The notes below the pieces were generated by a model. It worked only from the letters and a program-made list of their open reading frames with translations. It had not been told where the DNA came from and did not search any database. From Paragordius varius (lineage: Eukaryota > Animalia > Nematomorpha), in assembly GCA_964247055.1 (NCBI GenBank), contig OZ176058.1, forward strand, positions 1,798,001-1,862,000: DNA of 64,000 nt, written 5' to 3'. How positions within the stretch are numbered: the stretch's first letter is position 1; the number at the start of each line of letters is the position of its first letter. Below, piece by piece: positions 11,801 through 24,791 of the stretch. A program made the position numbers and the translations under genes.

Positions 11801-14800
11801 CACCTTAAAAATTATATAATTTTTTATAATTTTATCAAAAATATTTTTTTTTTTAAAATAATTTTTTTTAAATTTTATTAATTTCTAAATATTATTATAA
11901 CCCAAAATATTAATTAATTTAAATAATTTAATTTCTAAAATTTTTTATTAATTTTTATTTTTAGAAATTCAAAATTTAGTTCTTGGCGGACAAATCGGAG
12001 CAGCTTTAGGAGAATGCAATAATAAATATCCTGCCATCTTTTTACAACACATTCTTGATATGGATAATGTTAATATTCTGAATAATTCAATTATTGAAAG
12101 TTTATTTTTTTTAATTAATTTAGATTATTAATTTAATTTGACTTATTTTAGTTTGTTTTTTTTTAAAAAAGTTAATATATATTTTATTATTACGGAATGT
12201 AAATTATTATAATTTTTATTTATTTTATTTAATTAATTTATATTTTTTGAAATAAACTTTATAAATATAAATTTTTATTAAAAGGTATCATTTATTTTTT
12301 ATTATTTTTAAATATTTTTAAAGTATTTATTTTTAATTTAATTTTATTTTTATGTTTTTTTAAATAGATTAGTAATGAAAGGTATTTTCATATTTTTTAT
12401 ATTTAAGTTTAAAAGTCTTAATTATTTTATATTTTGAAAATGTTTTAAATTCTAAATTTATGAAAAAGTTTTAAAACTCTAATTTCCAATTATAAAAAAT
12501 TAATTATATCATAATATATTATTAAAAGTTATTTTTAATTTAGTTTTTTTAAAAAAGTTAATATATATTTTATTTTAAGTTTTATTATAAGTTTTATATA
12601 ATTTTTTATTATTTGATAATTTTGGAAAAGTACAGTTATGTATATATAAATTTTCTATTTAATTTAGTTTTATTTTTTATCTAAGATAAAATTAATTATT
12701 CGATAATTTCGGTTAAGTTAAAAATATTTTAAAATATATTATTAATGAAAGTGATATTCGGTTTTTTAAGTTTTATATTTAATTTTTTGAAAAGATTTTT
12801 GGGGAAAATGTGAAATAGTTTTTTTTATTTATAAATTATTATATTTTTTTATACAAATTTTTATTAATTTCAATTTTTTAAAAAATTTAAATTTTATTAT
12901 TTATTTTTTATTTATATAAAAGTAATTTTTATTTTAATTTTTTTAAATCAAAACTAATTTAAATTTTTTTTATTTTCATAATTCATTTAAATTTTATTTT
13001 TTTTTATTTTAAAAAAATAATATTAATATAAATTTTAAATTTATTATTTTTATTTATTTTTTTATGTTTTTTTAAATATATTAGAAATGAAAGCAATATT
13101 TATTTGGTCTATGTTTTTAAAAAAAATTTAATTTTTGATAAGATTTTTATGAAAAATGTGAAATACTTTTTTTAAAAAAAGTTATTATAATTTTTTATTT
13201 TAAGCTTTATTTCTATTATTTTTAATAAAAGTTAATTATTTTTATTTTAATTTTTTTATTTTAAAAATATATTATTAATATAAATTTTAAATTTAATTTA
13301 TTTTTTATTACGTTTTCAAATTATATTGATAATTTCGGAAATTAAATTAAGTTAATTATAATTTTATAAATTATTATCTTTTCAATTTAATTTCATTTTA
13401 ATATTTATTTTTCAATAATGTGTTATTAGTATCAATTTTAAATCTTCTATTTTTATAAAAATATATATTTTAATTTTAAGTTTTATATAGAATATTTATT
13501 TATTTGATATAAAATATAATATTAATGAAAGTAATTTTTATTTGGTTTCCAAGTTTTATAAAAAAAATTTTTTGTAAGATTTTTGGGGAAAATGTTAAAT
13601 AGTTTTTTTTATTTATAAATCATTATATTTTATTTTTAATTATTTTATATTTTAAAAAATATTTTAAAGCTCTAATCTTATCAAAAAAGTTTTTATTATA
13701 TGTTAATTTATTTATATATTATATATATTTTTAACTTTATTTTAGATTTTGAAATAATTTTTTATAGAAGCATAAAATAAAAAAAAAATTTAAATTATTA
13801 ATTATTATATTTTTTAATTATATTTTATTTTTTAAGATTTAAAAAGTTTTTTTAATGATAATTTCGGAAAAGTTGAAAAATTTATTTAATTTAAAAAAAA
13901 TATTATTAATGAAAGTAATTTATATTATATCATCATTTTTAATTTTTCAAAAAAAGTTATTAAAATAATTTTAAAAATTAATAATTTGTTCCCCTTTTAG
14001 CCATCGACCATTCAATAAATATGACCAACCATTTCGATATATAAATGTAATTATATTATAAAACAATTTGGTTTATCTTGGGGAAGGGTTTTTTCTCTGT
14101 TTTAATGTATCATTAACCATTTAATGTATCGACTGTGTTGTCCCGATGTGAGTTTCAGTAGATACCTTTTGTCAATTTTCTTTGAAATTCTTTAAAGACC
14201 ATCAATAGTGTGAACTAAAATCCATTTTGGGTATCCATCTCAAATGGCTTCGTGAACCGCATTTTTGATTCAAAAAACCAGTAGACCGCATTTTGATTAT
14301 ATATATTATATGGGCTCTGATAAATATTTTATTGATTTTAAACATAAGACTGTAAAATGCTAGGTTGTTGCCAATTTATTTCGATTCTATGAGCATATTT
14401 TTGCCAATCAGGTTTGTAAAGTTTTTGCGCCCACACATATTATTTCTAAGGGATGCCCATTGCTATATTGACCATTGATAAATATTTCAAAATGATTTTG
14501 TATTCGAATTAATAGTAGAGGCGGCTAAGGGGAAAACTTATTATTAAAATGCTTGGATATCAATGTCGGCAGGCAAACCTTTTTCTGTTCTTTCTTTTGT
14601 TTCGGAAGAGTTTGAGTATTTACGAGAGTTCTTTGGCACAAATATATATATATATATATATATTTGTATCATTTAGCCTTATCCAAATCCTTTTTGAAAA
14701 GAATAGAAAAGAATGTTGTTTAGAATGTTTTTTGTTTGTAGGAGTTAATTGAATGGCATTTACATACAAATACATATATGGAATTTTTTAATTTGGGTTC

Positions 14801-17800
14801 TTTATATTATTTTATTATTATTATTAATTTTCATAAATTTTTATAAACAGCTCCAAAACAAGTATCGTCTGCCCATACCTCATCACTTACAGCCGCAGAC
14901 GATAGCGATAAAACACCAAATGGCGAAAATTCAAATTTAAACTTGAATTGCGATTCAAATTTAAAAAATTTAAATTTGAAATATCTGTTATTCCGTTTAC
15001 GATGTCGACGTTTTATTGAAATGATGTCAGGTTCTGAAGAACAAAAGGTAGGAGAAAGGAATGGCGAAACCTTAAATGTTGACAATTTTCAAGATACTAC
15101 GAAACTTGAAACAAATTCTAAACCCCTACAAAGAAAACAGTCTGATAAAGCTATTGAAACTTTAAATTGCAACACAATGTTCGATTCGGCAAATTGCAAT
15201 ATTGATGGCGTTATGATTGGTAATATGAACAACAATGTATTAAATTCTAATTCAATATTCGGGAGTAATAATATAGGTATATTATATAAAAAATATTTTC
15301 CAATTTTAAATTTTAAAGTAGTTAATTTTTAATATTTGATCTTCATACTATATAATAACACTTTTGTTTCAATATCTTTTATAATATATTTGCAAATTTT
15401 AATTATTTCCATAAATAATGCACCTATTTTTTTCTTTATACAGTAAAAACTGAAAAAAAATATAAAGACAAATATTTTTTTCTTAAAGACAACGGTACTT
15501 TTTAAATCTCGATTTTTATCAAAATTTCTCATTGTTTTAATGGCAAAGTGTGAAATAATTCTATGTTAAACCAATTGTAACTAAGCAGCTTATATGGAAA
15601 TATTAAGGTTTTAAAAAGTATATGGTTGTCTTTTAGATAAAAATATTTTCACGTTTTGTCCGTATAATTTGAATTTTTGCTGTATTATCTTTTATCATTT
15701 ACAATTCAAATTCACCCTTGAATAATTTAAATTCACCCTCGAACAATTCAAATTCACCCTAAAAATAAATTATGAAATTTCGGTCTAATATAACTCATTA
15801 TTGTAATTAAATATATTTTTATGGATAATTTATTATTTTTTCAGCATTATATTAATTTTACACAGAATTTCCTATTTTAAATATTAAAAAAATATAAGGG
15901 TAATATTTAATCTTAAAAAACGCATAATAATTTATTTAAGGGTGATTTTGAATTGTTCGATTCGAGGGTGAATTTGAACTGTTTAAGGGTAAATTTGAAT
16001 TGTTCGAGCGTGAAATCGAATTGTTCGAGGGTGAATTAGAATTTTCGAGGGTAAATTATTGTTTAACGGTGAATTTGAATTTATTTTAGGGTAAATTTGA
16101 ACTGTTTAAGGGTGAATTTGAATTGTTCGAGGGGAATTTAAAAAAGTATTCGAGGGTGAATTCGAATTGTTCGAGGGTAAATTTGGGTAAATTTGAATTG
16201 TTTGAGGGTGAATTTGAATTTTTTAAGGGTAAATTTGAATTGTTGGAGGGTAAATTGAATTGTTCGAGAAGGGTGAAGGGTAAATTGAATTGTTTAAGGG
16301 TAAATTTGAATTGTTGGAGGGTAAATTGAATTGTTCGAGAAGGGTGAAGGGTAAATTGTTAGAGGGTCAATTTGAATCGTTCAAGGGTGAATTTGAACGG
16401 TTTAAGGGTGAATTTAAATTGTTCCAGGGTAAATTTGAATTGTTTAAGGGTAAATTTTAAAAATTGTCCGAAAAGGGTGAATTTGAATTGTTTAAGGGTG
16501 ATTTGAAATGTTTGTGGTTCAATTTGAATTGTTCGAGAAGGGTGAAGGGTAAATTGTTAGAGGGTCAATTTGAAATGTTCGAGGGTGAATTTGAATTGTT
16601 TAAGAGTGAATTTGGATTGTTCAAGGGTGAAATTAATTGTTTGAGGGTGAATTGAACTGTTTAAGGGTGAATTTGAACTGTTTAAGGGTGAATTTGAATC
16701 GTTCAAGGGTGAATTTAAATTGTTGGAGGGTAAATTTGAATCGTTCAAGGGTGAATTTGAATTGTTCAAGGGTGAATAATTAGAGTAAATGGCATATTTT
16801 TATTAATATTTTTATATTATTAACAGAATCAACTCTCCAACATACTCATCATATGACTTTACCCTCAATTATTAATAATAACCCAATTATTAACAATCGA
16901 AATAATAATAATTTTGGCCTTGTAGACTCTGATGTTGATGATGACGATGATATCATTGAAGTTGATTGTTGCGATATTTCATTCAGTGGGCCTGAAGATA
17001 ATTTCATTAATAATAATGTAACTAATAACAATAATTGTGTAACTATCAATGACAGAATCAATGTAACTAACAATGACGAAGGAAATGGCTTTTTTTCAGG
17101 TTTTTTTTTATAATTTTGGAGTTATATTTTTGAGTTTTTAGAGGTTTTTTATAAAAATTTTTAAAGTTTAAGCATTAAAACTAAAATTGTAACTAATAAT
17201 GATGGCAATAATTGTGTGTAACTATTAATGGAAATAATTGTGTAACTAACAATGAGGAAGGAAATGGCTTTTTTTTCAGGTTTTTTTTTTATAATTTTGG
17301 AGTTTTTAGTGGTATTTTATAAACATTTATATTTTAGAGTTTTTGGAGGTTTTATTTATTGGCTAAGTATAGCCATATTACACATTTCTAAGAATTTATC
17401 AAAAATTTAAAGAATTTAAGTATTAAAATGTTATTAATAATGTAATTATCAATGATGGGGGCAATAATTGTGTAACTATCAATGACAGAATTAATGTTAC
17501 TAACAATGACGAAGGAAATGGCTATTTAGGTTTTTTATTAAAGTTTAAATTTTTATCAAATTCCACAGTTTTTTTAAAATAAGTTATAAATTAAAAAAGG
17601 TACTTTTTTATGAATTTATCAAATTTTATAAAGTTTAAGCATAATGTTACTAATAATGTAACTATCAATGACGAAGGAAATGTGGCTAATAAAGACTAAG
17701 GAAATGGCTTTTTTAGTGGTTTATAAATATATAATTTAAATTTTGGGTTTTTTCTTTTTAGAATCTAAGTTTATATCAAGTTATTAGCTAGGTATATCCT

Positions 17801-20800
17801 TATTACAATAAAGAGTATGTTTTATGAGTTAATTAACGTTTTTATGAAGTTTTAAGCATTAAAATGTTACTAATATTGTAACTATCGAAAATGGAAATGA
17901 TAGTATAACTAATAATGACGAAGGATGGCTTTTTTAGTGGTATTTTATTAATATTTAAATTTTGGAATTTTTTTACAGAATTTAAGTTTTTATTTAAATA
18001 TTAGCTAGGTTTATCAAATACAATCAAAAGAATGTGTTTTATGAATTTAACAAAAATTTTATAAAGTTTTAGGCGTTAAAATGTTACTAATAATGAATTA
18101 TTGTGTAACTAACAATGACGAAAGAAATGGCTTTTTTTTATATTTTTTTATAAATAATCAAATTTTTTAAATTTTGATGGAGTTTTTTTGATTTAAAGAT
18201 TTTATTAAATTATTAGCTATGTATATCCTTATTACACAAAAAAGTATTTTTTCTATGAATTTATTAAATAAGTTTTAAGCAGTTAAATGTTACTAATAAT
18301 GAGAATAATAATTGTGTAAATAATGAAGAAAATGGTCTTTTCAGTGGTATTTTATTAATATTTAAAATTTTGGAGTTTTTTTTACAGAATTTAAGTTTTT
18401 ATCAAATTATTAACTAGATTTTATCGTTATTACCCAAAAAGTATGTTTTCTAAGAATTTATAAAATTTTAAGCATTAAAATGTTACTAATATTGTAACTA
18501 TTAATGATGCCAATAATTGTGTAACTAATAATGACGAAGGAAATGACTTTTTAGTGGTATTTTTCAAATTTTGTAGGTTTTTTTAGAATATAAGTTTTTA
18601 TTTATTGCTTAAGTATATCCTTATTAGACAAAATTTCTATTAATTTATCAAAATTTTTATAAAGTGTTTTAAGCATTAAATTGTAATTAATAATGATGGA
18701 ACTAATTGTGTAACTAATAATGACAAAGGAAATGTCTTTTTTAGTGGTATTTTATTAATATTTAAATTTTGGAGTTTTTTTTACAGAATTTAAGTTTTTA
18801 TTAAATTATTAACTAGATTTATCGTTATTACCCAAAAAAGTATGTTTTCTAATAATTTATAAAATTTTAAGCATTAAAATGTTACTAATATTGTAACTAT
18901 TAATGATGCCAATAATTGTATGACTAACAATGACGAAGGAAATGACTTTTTAGTGGTATTTTTTAAATTTTGTAGGTTTTTTTAGAATATAAGTTTTTAT
19001 TTATTGCTTAAGTATATCCTTATCAGACAAAATTTCTATTAATTTATCAAAATTTTTATAAAGTGTTTTAAGCATTAAATTGTAATTAATAATGATGGAA
19101 ATAATTGTGTAACTAATAATGACAAAGGAAATGACTTTTTTAGTGGTATTTTTTAAATTTTAAATTTGTAGGTTTTTTTAGAAAATTTAAGTTTTTATCA
19201 AATTATTAACTAGATTTATCGTTATTACCCAAAAAGTATGTTTTCTATTAATTTATCAAAATTTTTATAAAGTGTTTTAAGCATTAAATTGTAATTAATA
19301 ATGATGGAAATAATTGTGTAACTAACAATGACGAAAGAAATGGCTTTTTTAGTGGTTTATAAATATATAATTTAAATTTTGGGTTTTTTTTAGAATCTAA
19401 GTTTATATCAAGTTATTAGCTAGGTATATCCTTATTACAATAAAGAGTATGTTTTATGAGTTAATTAAAGTTTTTATGAAGTTTTAAGCATTAAAATGTT
19501 ACTAATATTGTAACTATCGAAAATGGAAAAGATAGTATAACTAATAATGACGAATGATGGCTTTTTTAGTGGTATTTTATTAATATTTAAATTTTGGAGT
19601 TTTTTTTACATAATTTAAGTTTTTATTAAATTATTAACTAGATTTATCGTTATTACCCAAAAAGTATGTTTTCTAAGAATTTATAAAATTTTAAGCATTA
19701 AAATGTTACTAATATTATAATTATTAATGATGCCAATAATTGTATGACTAACAATGACGAAGGAAATGACTTTTTAGTGGTATTTTTCAAACTTTGGAGG
19801 TTTTTTTAGAATATAAGTTTTTATTTATTGCTTAAGTATATCCTTATTAGACAAAATTTCTATTAATTTATCAAAATTTTTATAAAGTGTTTTAAGCATT
19901 AAATTGTAATTAATAATGATGGAAATAATTGTGTAACTAATAATGACAAAGGAAATGGCTTTTTTAGTGGTATTATATTAATATTTAAGTTTTTTAAATT
20001 TTGGAGTTTATTACAGAATTTAAGTTTTTATCAAATTATTAACTAGATTTATCGTTATTACCCAAAAAGTATGTTTTCTAAGAATTTATAAAATTTTAAG
20101 CATTAAAATGTTACTAATATTGTAACTATCAATGATGGCAATAATTGTGTAACTAACAATGATAAAGGAATAGCTTTTTTTGCAGATTTTTTTTTCCAAT
20201 TATTTTATAAGAATTTAGAATTCCTGTTTTCATTATTACAATAAAAAATTGCTTTTTAAATTTAATTAATTAATTTATTCTAATACCTTAAGAAGGGTTA
20301 CTTTATAATTATATTCTTTTGGTTTTAAGGCTAAATTTAAACAGAATTTTAATAAATGTAACTAACAATGACAGAATCAATGTTACTAAGAATAACGAAG
20401 GAAACGCCTTTTTTATTAGTATTTTATAAATCTCTAAATTTTATGCATAATTTTTTAAAATTATTGTTGAGTTTTTTACAGAATTTAAGTTTTTATAAAA
20501 TTATTACATAAAAAAAAAAAATTTTAGAAATTTTTTAAAATGTTATAAAGTTTTAAGCATTAAAATGTAACTATTAATGATGGGAATAATTGTGTAATTA
20601 ACAATGACGAAGGAAACGCCTTTTTTAGTGGTATTTTTTGAATAATTTAATAAGAATTTACAATTCTTGTTTTTATTTTTACAATAAAAAAATAGTTTTT
20701 CATTCAAGTTAATTTAATAATAGATTGTTAGGTGCGCGTTAATTTTATATTCTTGAGGTTTAATTTAATCTAAATTTTAACAAAATTTTAATAAGTGTAA

Positions 20801-23800
20801 CTAAATGATGGGAATAGCATTTTTACGGGTGTTTCATGATAATATAACATTTATAATAAATTTAACCTTAAAAAAATTCATTTTGAAATTCACCAAAATA
20901 TAAATTATGTTTCGGGCTAATATGATATATATATATATCTTTATGGCATAGTTCATTATTTTTTCAGTAATATATTAATAAACAAAATTTTATTTTTAAA
21001 AAAAATGTAAAAAAATATCAGCAATTTAAAACAAATAATATATTTTAGTGTCAATTTAAATTGTTCAAGGAATAATTGTTTAAGGATGAATATGAACTGT
21101 TCAAGGGTCATTTTGAATAAATGATAATATATAACGATTACGAAAATTTTTTGGGATTTATATCTTTATTTATATTATGGCAATGAAAAGTATGTTTTAA
21201 AAAATTAAGTAAATTTTAAAAATTTTATTTAGATTTATGAATATTAAAATGTTGAGATTTTTCATTTTTTGCATAAGCTATATTTTTTGGATATTATATC
21301 ATTCACTATTTTTTCATAATAATTGATAATTTTCATTAAGTTAAATATATTTTGGATATATATTTAACATTCAAATTAACCCTAAAATAAATTATATGTT
21401 TTTTAAGATTAAAAATAACCTATATTTTTTATATACCTAAACACTAAAATTTTATTTAAATTAAAATAATACTGAAAAAAAAATAAAGTAATGCCATAAA
21501 ACTATATTTGATATTAATAATGAGTTATGTTAGTTCGAAAACACAAAATTTATTTTTAGGGTGAATTTGAATTGTTCATCGGTGAATTTGAATTGTTCGA
21601 GGGTAAATCTGAATTGTTCAAGGGTAACATTGAATTGTTCAAGGGTGAATTAGAATTGTTTAAGGGTAAATTTGAATTGTTTAAAAAGGTGAATTTGAAT
21701 TGTTTAAGGGTGAATTTGAATTGTTTAAGGGTAAATTTGAATTTTTTTAAGTATGAATTAGAATTGTTTTAGGGTAAATAAAAATTGTTTAAAAAGGTGA
21801 ATTTGAATTGTTTAAGGGTGAATTAGAATTGTTTAAGGGTAAATTTGAATTGTTTAAAAAGGTGAATTTGAATTTTCTAAGGGTGAATTAGAATTGTTTT
21901 AGGGTAAATAAAAATTTTTTCTAAGGGTGAATTTGAATTGTTCGAGGGTAAATCTGAATTGTTCAAGGGTAACATTGAATTGTTCAAGGGTGACTTAGAA
22001 TTGTTTAAGGGTAAATTTGAATTGTTTTTAGGGTAAATAAAATTTTTTTCTAAGGGTCAATTTGAATTGTTTAAGGGTAAATAAAAATTTTTTCTAAGGG
22101 TGAATTTGAATTGTTTAAGGGTAAATTTAAATTGTTCAAGAATGAATATGAACATATGTATATATATATATATATATAATTTGAAATATTATATATATTT
22201 AAATTTCATTTTTAATTTTATTTAATAAGAAAACAATCCAACATGTACCTGTCAATGCTGTACAACGCGACATAAATATTGTTGTCAACCTTTATTATTA
22301 ACTAATGTAACTAATAATGAAAATATTAATGTAACTAACAATGAAAATATTAATGTAACTAATAATGATAATGATGAAAACGAGGATTTATGCTTAAATT
22401 GTCCCCAATGCAAAATTGTATGTGATCATCAAGATTATGGTAAACTTATTTTCTTTTTATAAAATTATATTTTTTTGTTTTATAAAGAATTGAGAATTTA
22501 TAGTTAAAAAAATTTAAATTTATATACCATTTTTACATTAAAAATACTATAAACTAAAATCTAGAAAGTTTTTAATTTAAAATGTATGAGAAAATTTATT
22601 TCTTAAAAAAATAATAATAATTTTCTATTCTATAAAGATTTGAGAATTCAATGGACTTGAAAAAACTCAATATACTTTAACATACTATAAGCCAAAATCA
22701 GAATATTTCAAGTTTTAATAATTTAAAAAAAGTATAAGAAAATTTATTTTTATGAATTTATATATTCTCTAAGTATGTTATTTACATTTACAGTTCAAAT
22801 TCACCCTTGAAAAATTTAAATTCATCCTAAAAATAAATTATATGTTTTCGAGCTAATATAACACATTTTTAATATGAAAAATATCTTTATGGCGGATAGT
22901 TTATAATTTTTTCAGCATTGTATTATTAATCTAAAAAATAATAAATTTATTTTAGGGTGAATTTGAATTGTTTAAGGGTAAATATGAAAAATGTAAATGG
23001 TATATTTAAAAAATAACATTTTAGATTTGATATGAAAGTGAGATCAAAAAGAATATTATTCCCAATGTTTATTTATAAAATTATTTTAAACATATATTTA
23101 TACCTTAATTTTAAATTTATATCAAATACCTGTTTTAGAACAAAATCAAGTATTTTCATATAAATTTTATTATAATTTAATTATAATTTATAGAGAATAT
23201 TTTAATTTACCATTTGAACAATTCAATTTAGATTAATCAAACACCAAATTATTCAAATAAAACAAAAAAATGAATCAATCAATAATTTAAAAAAATAAAT
23301 TTATTTAAAATTAACATATTTTCTAGAACATTCTGATACTTCCAGCTGTTTTTGTGAGGAATGCGACGATAATAATAGGGCTGAAGAAATATGCCCCCTC
23401 TGTTGTCAACAATCAGCTGATATTGGATCCAAAAATGATGCCATAAATACAAATAATAATTTGGTTTGTATTGAATGTAAGTGATACATTTTTATTTTTA
23501 TATATTACTTTTTTATTTTAACTTTGCATTTATATAAAATAAATTAATTTATAATTTATTTCTGTTTTTTTTACAAAAATTATATCTTTCATATAAAAGA
23601 ATTCATATCCATATATGTATATATTTTGATGTTATTTTTAATATGTCTTGACTTATATATTTTTGAAAAATGCGACATACATGCGATTTAAACAGCTTTT
23701 AAAAATTTTATGAATGCTGTTTTTTTTCATTAATTCTTGAAAAAAAAAAACGCTTTATTCCGGAGTTATAGCTAATTTCCAGCTGGCTTAGGTATTTTAA

Positions 23801-24743
23801 TTTTTTATAAATTTTTTAAAAATTTTATAATTTCAATATTTTTATAATTTCAAGAATTTTAAAGTATATAAATATATATATATCAATAAATTTAATTTTA
23901 AAAATTTATAATTTTAAGGATTTAAATAAAATTTATTTTTAAAAATTTTATATTTTTAATACAATATTGAAATAATTATTATTTTTAATATACTATTTAC
24001 ACCTTAAATTCACCCTTTGTGTTTTTTAAAGTTAAAAATACCTATATATTTTTATATTTTATAAAAATGAAATTTAGGTTTAAAATTAATATAATACTGA
24101 AAAAGTAATGAAATCTGTCATAAGAGAATATATTTAATATTAATTATGAGTTATATTAGTGCCCGAAAACATATAATTTATTTTCGGGGTGAATTTGATT
24201 TTAAATAATACACTATTTACACCTCGTAACCTTTGAACAATTCAATTTTTACCCTTGGACATTTCAAATTCACCCCTAAAATAAATTATCTCTCCTTGGT
24301 CTAATATAAATCATCATTAATATAAAATTATTTCTTTATTATGGCATAAATTTTTTAAACGAAAATTCATAAAAATATATAAAAAATATAGGAAATTATT
24401 GATATTCAAAAACAAATATTTATTTAAAAACGCATATTTAGGATATATGGTGAATTCGAAATGTTCAGCGTAATTTTAAGTATATCATTTACAGTTAAAA
24501 TTCACCCTTAAACAATTCAATTCGCCCTAAAAATAAATTACTTGTTTTCAAACTAATATAACTCATATTAATATGAAATATATCTTAATGGCATTGTTTA
24601 TTATTTTTTCCGTATTATTTAAATTTAAAATGAAATTTCATTTTTTAAAAATATAAAAAACTATTAGTAATTTTTAATCTTAATAAACACTTAATTTGTC
24701 ATAGGGTGAATTGGAATTTTCGAGGGTATTTTTGAGGTGTAAT

Positions 24744-24791
<48 letters not shown>

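Noticed and set aside
14001-14046. Possible extra exon (ccttttag|CCATCG…AAAT|gtaatt)
   Set aside because: Open only in phase 2 to 0, incompatible with the flanking phase-1 introns; it lies in the decayed island.
16123-16769. ORFs 16123, 16464, 16557 (and 21572, 30353, 46481, 46888) with (FKGEFEL)n or (FTLEQFK)n repeats
   Set aside because: Translation artefacts of the 21-bp MITE-A repeat (7 codons, stop-poor); no splice or start context.
22230-23476. Separate RING/B-box (TRIM) gene
   Set aside because: Cys spacing does not fit RING or B-box, and the exons splice in frame into the RanBP9/10 model.
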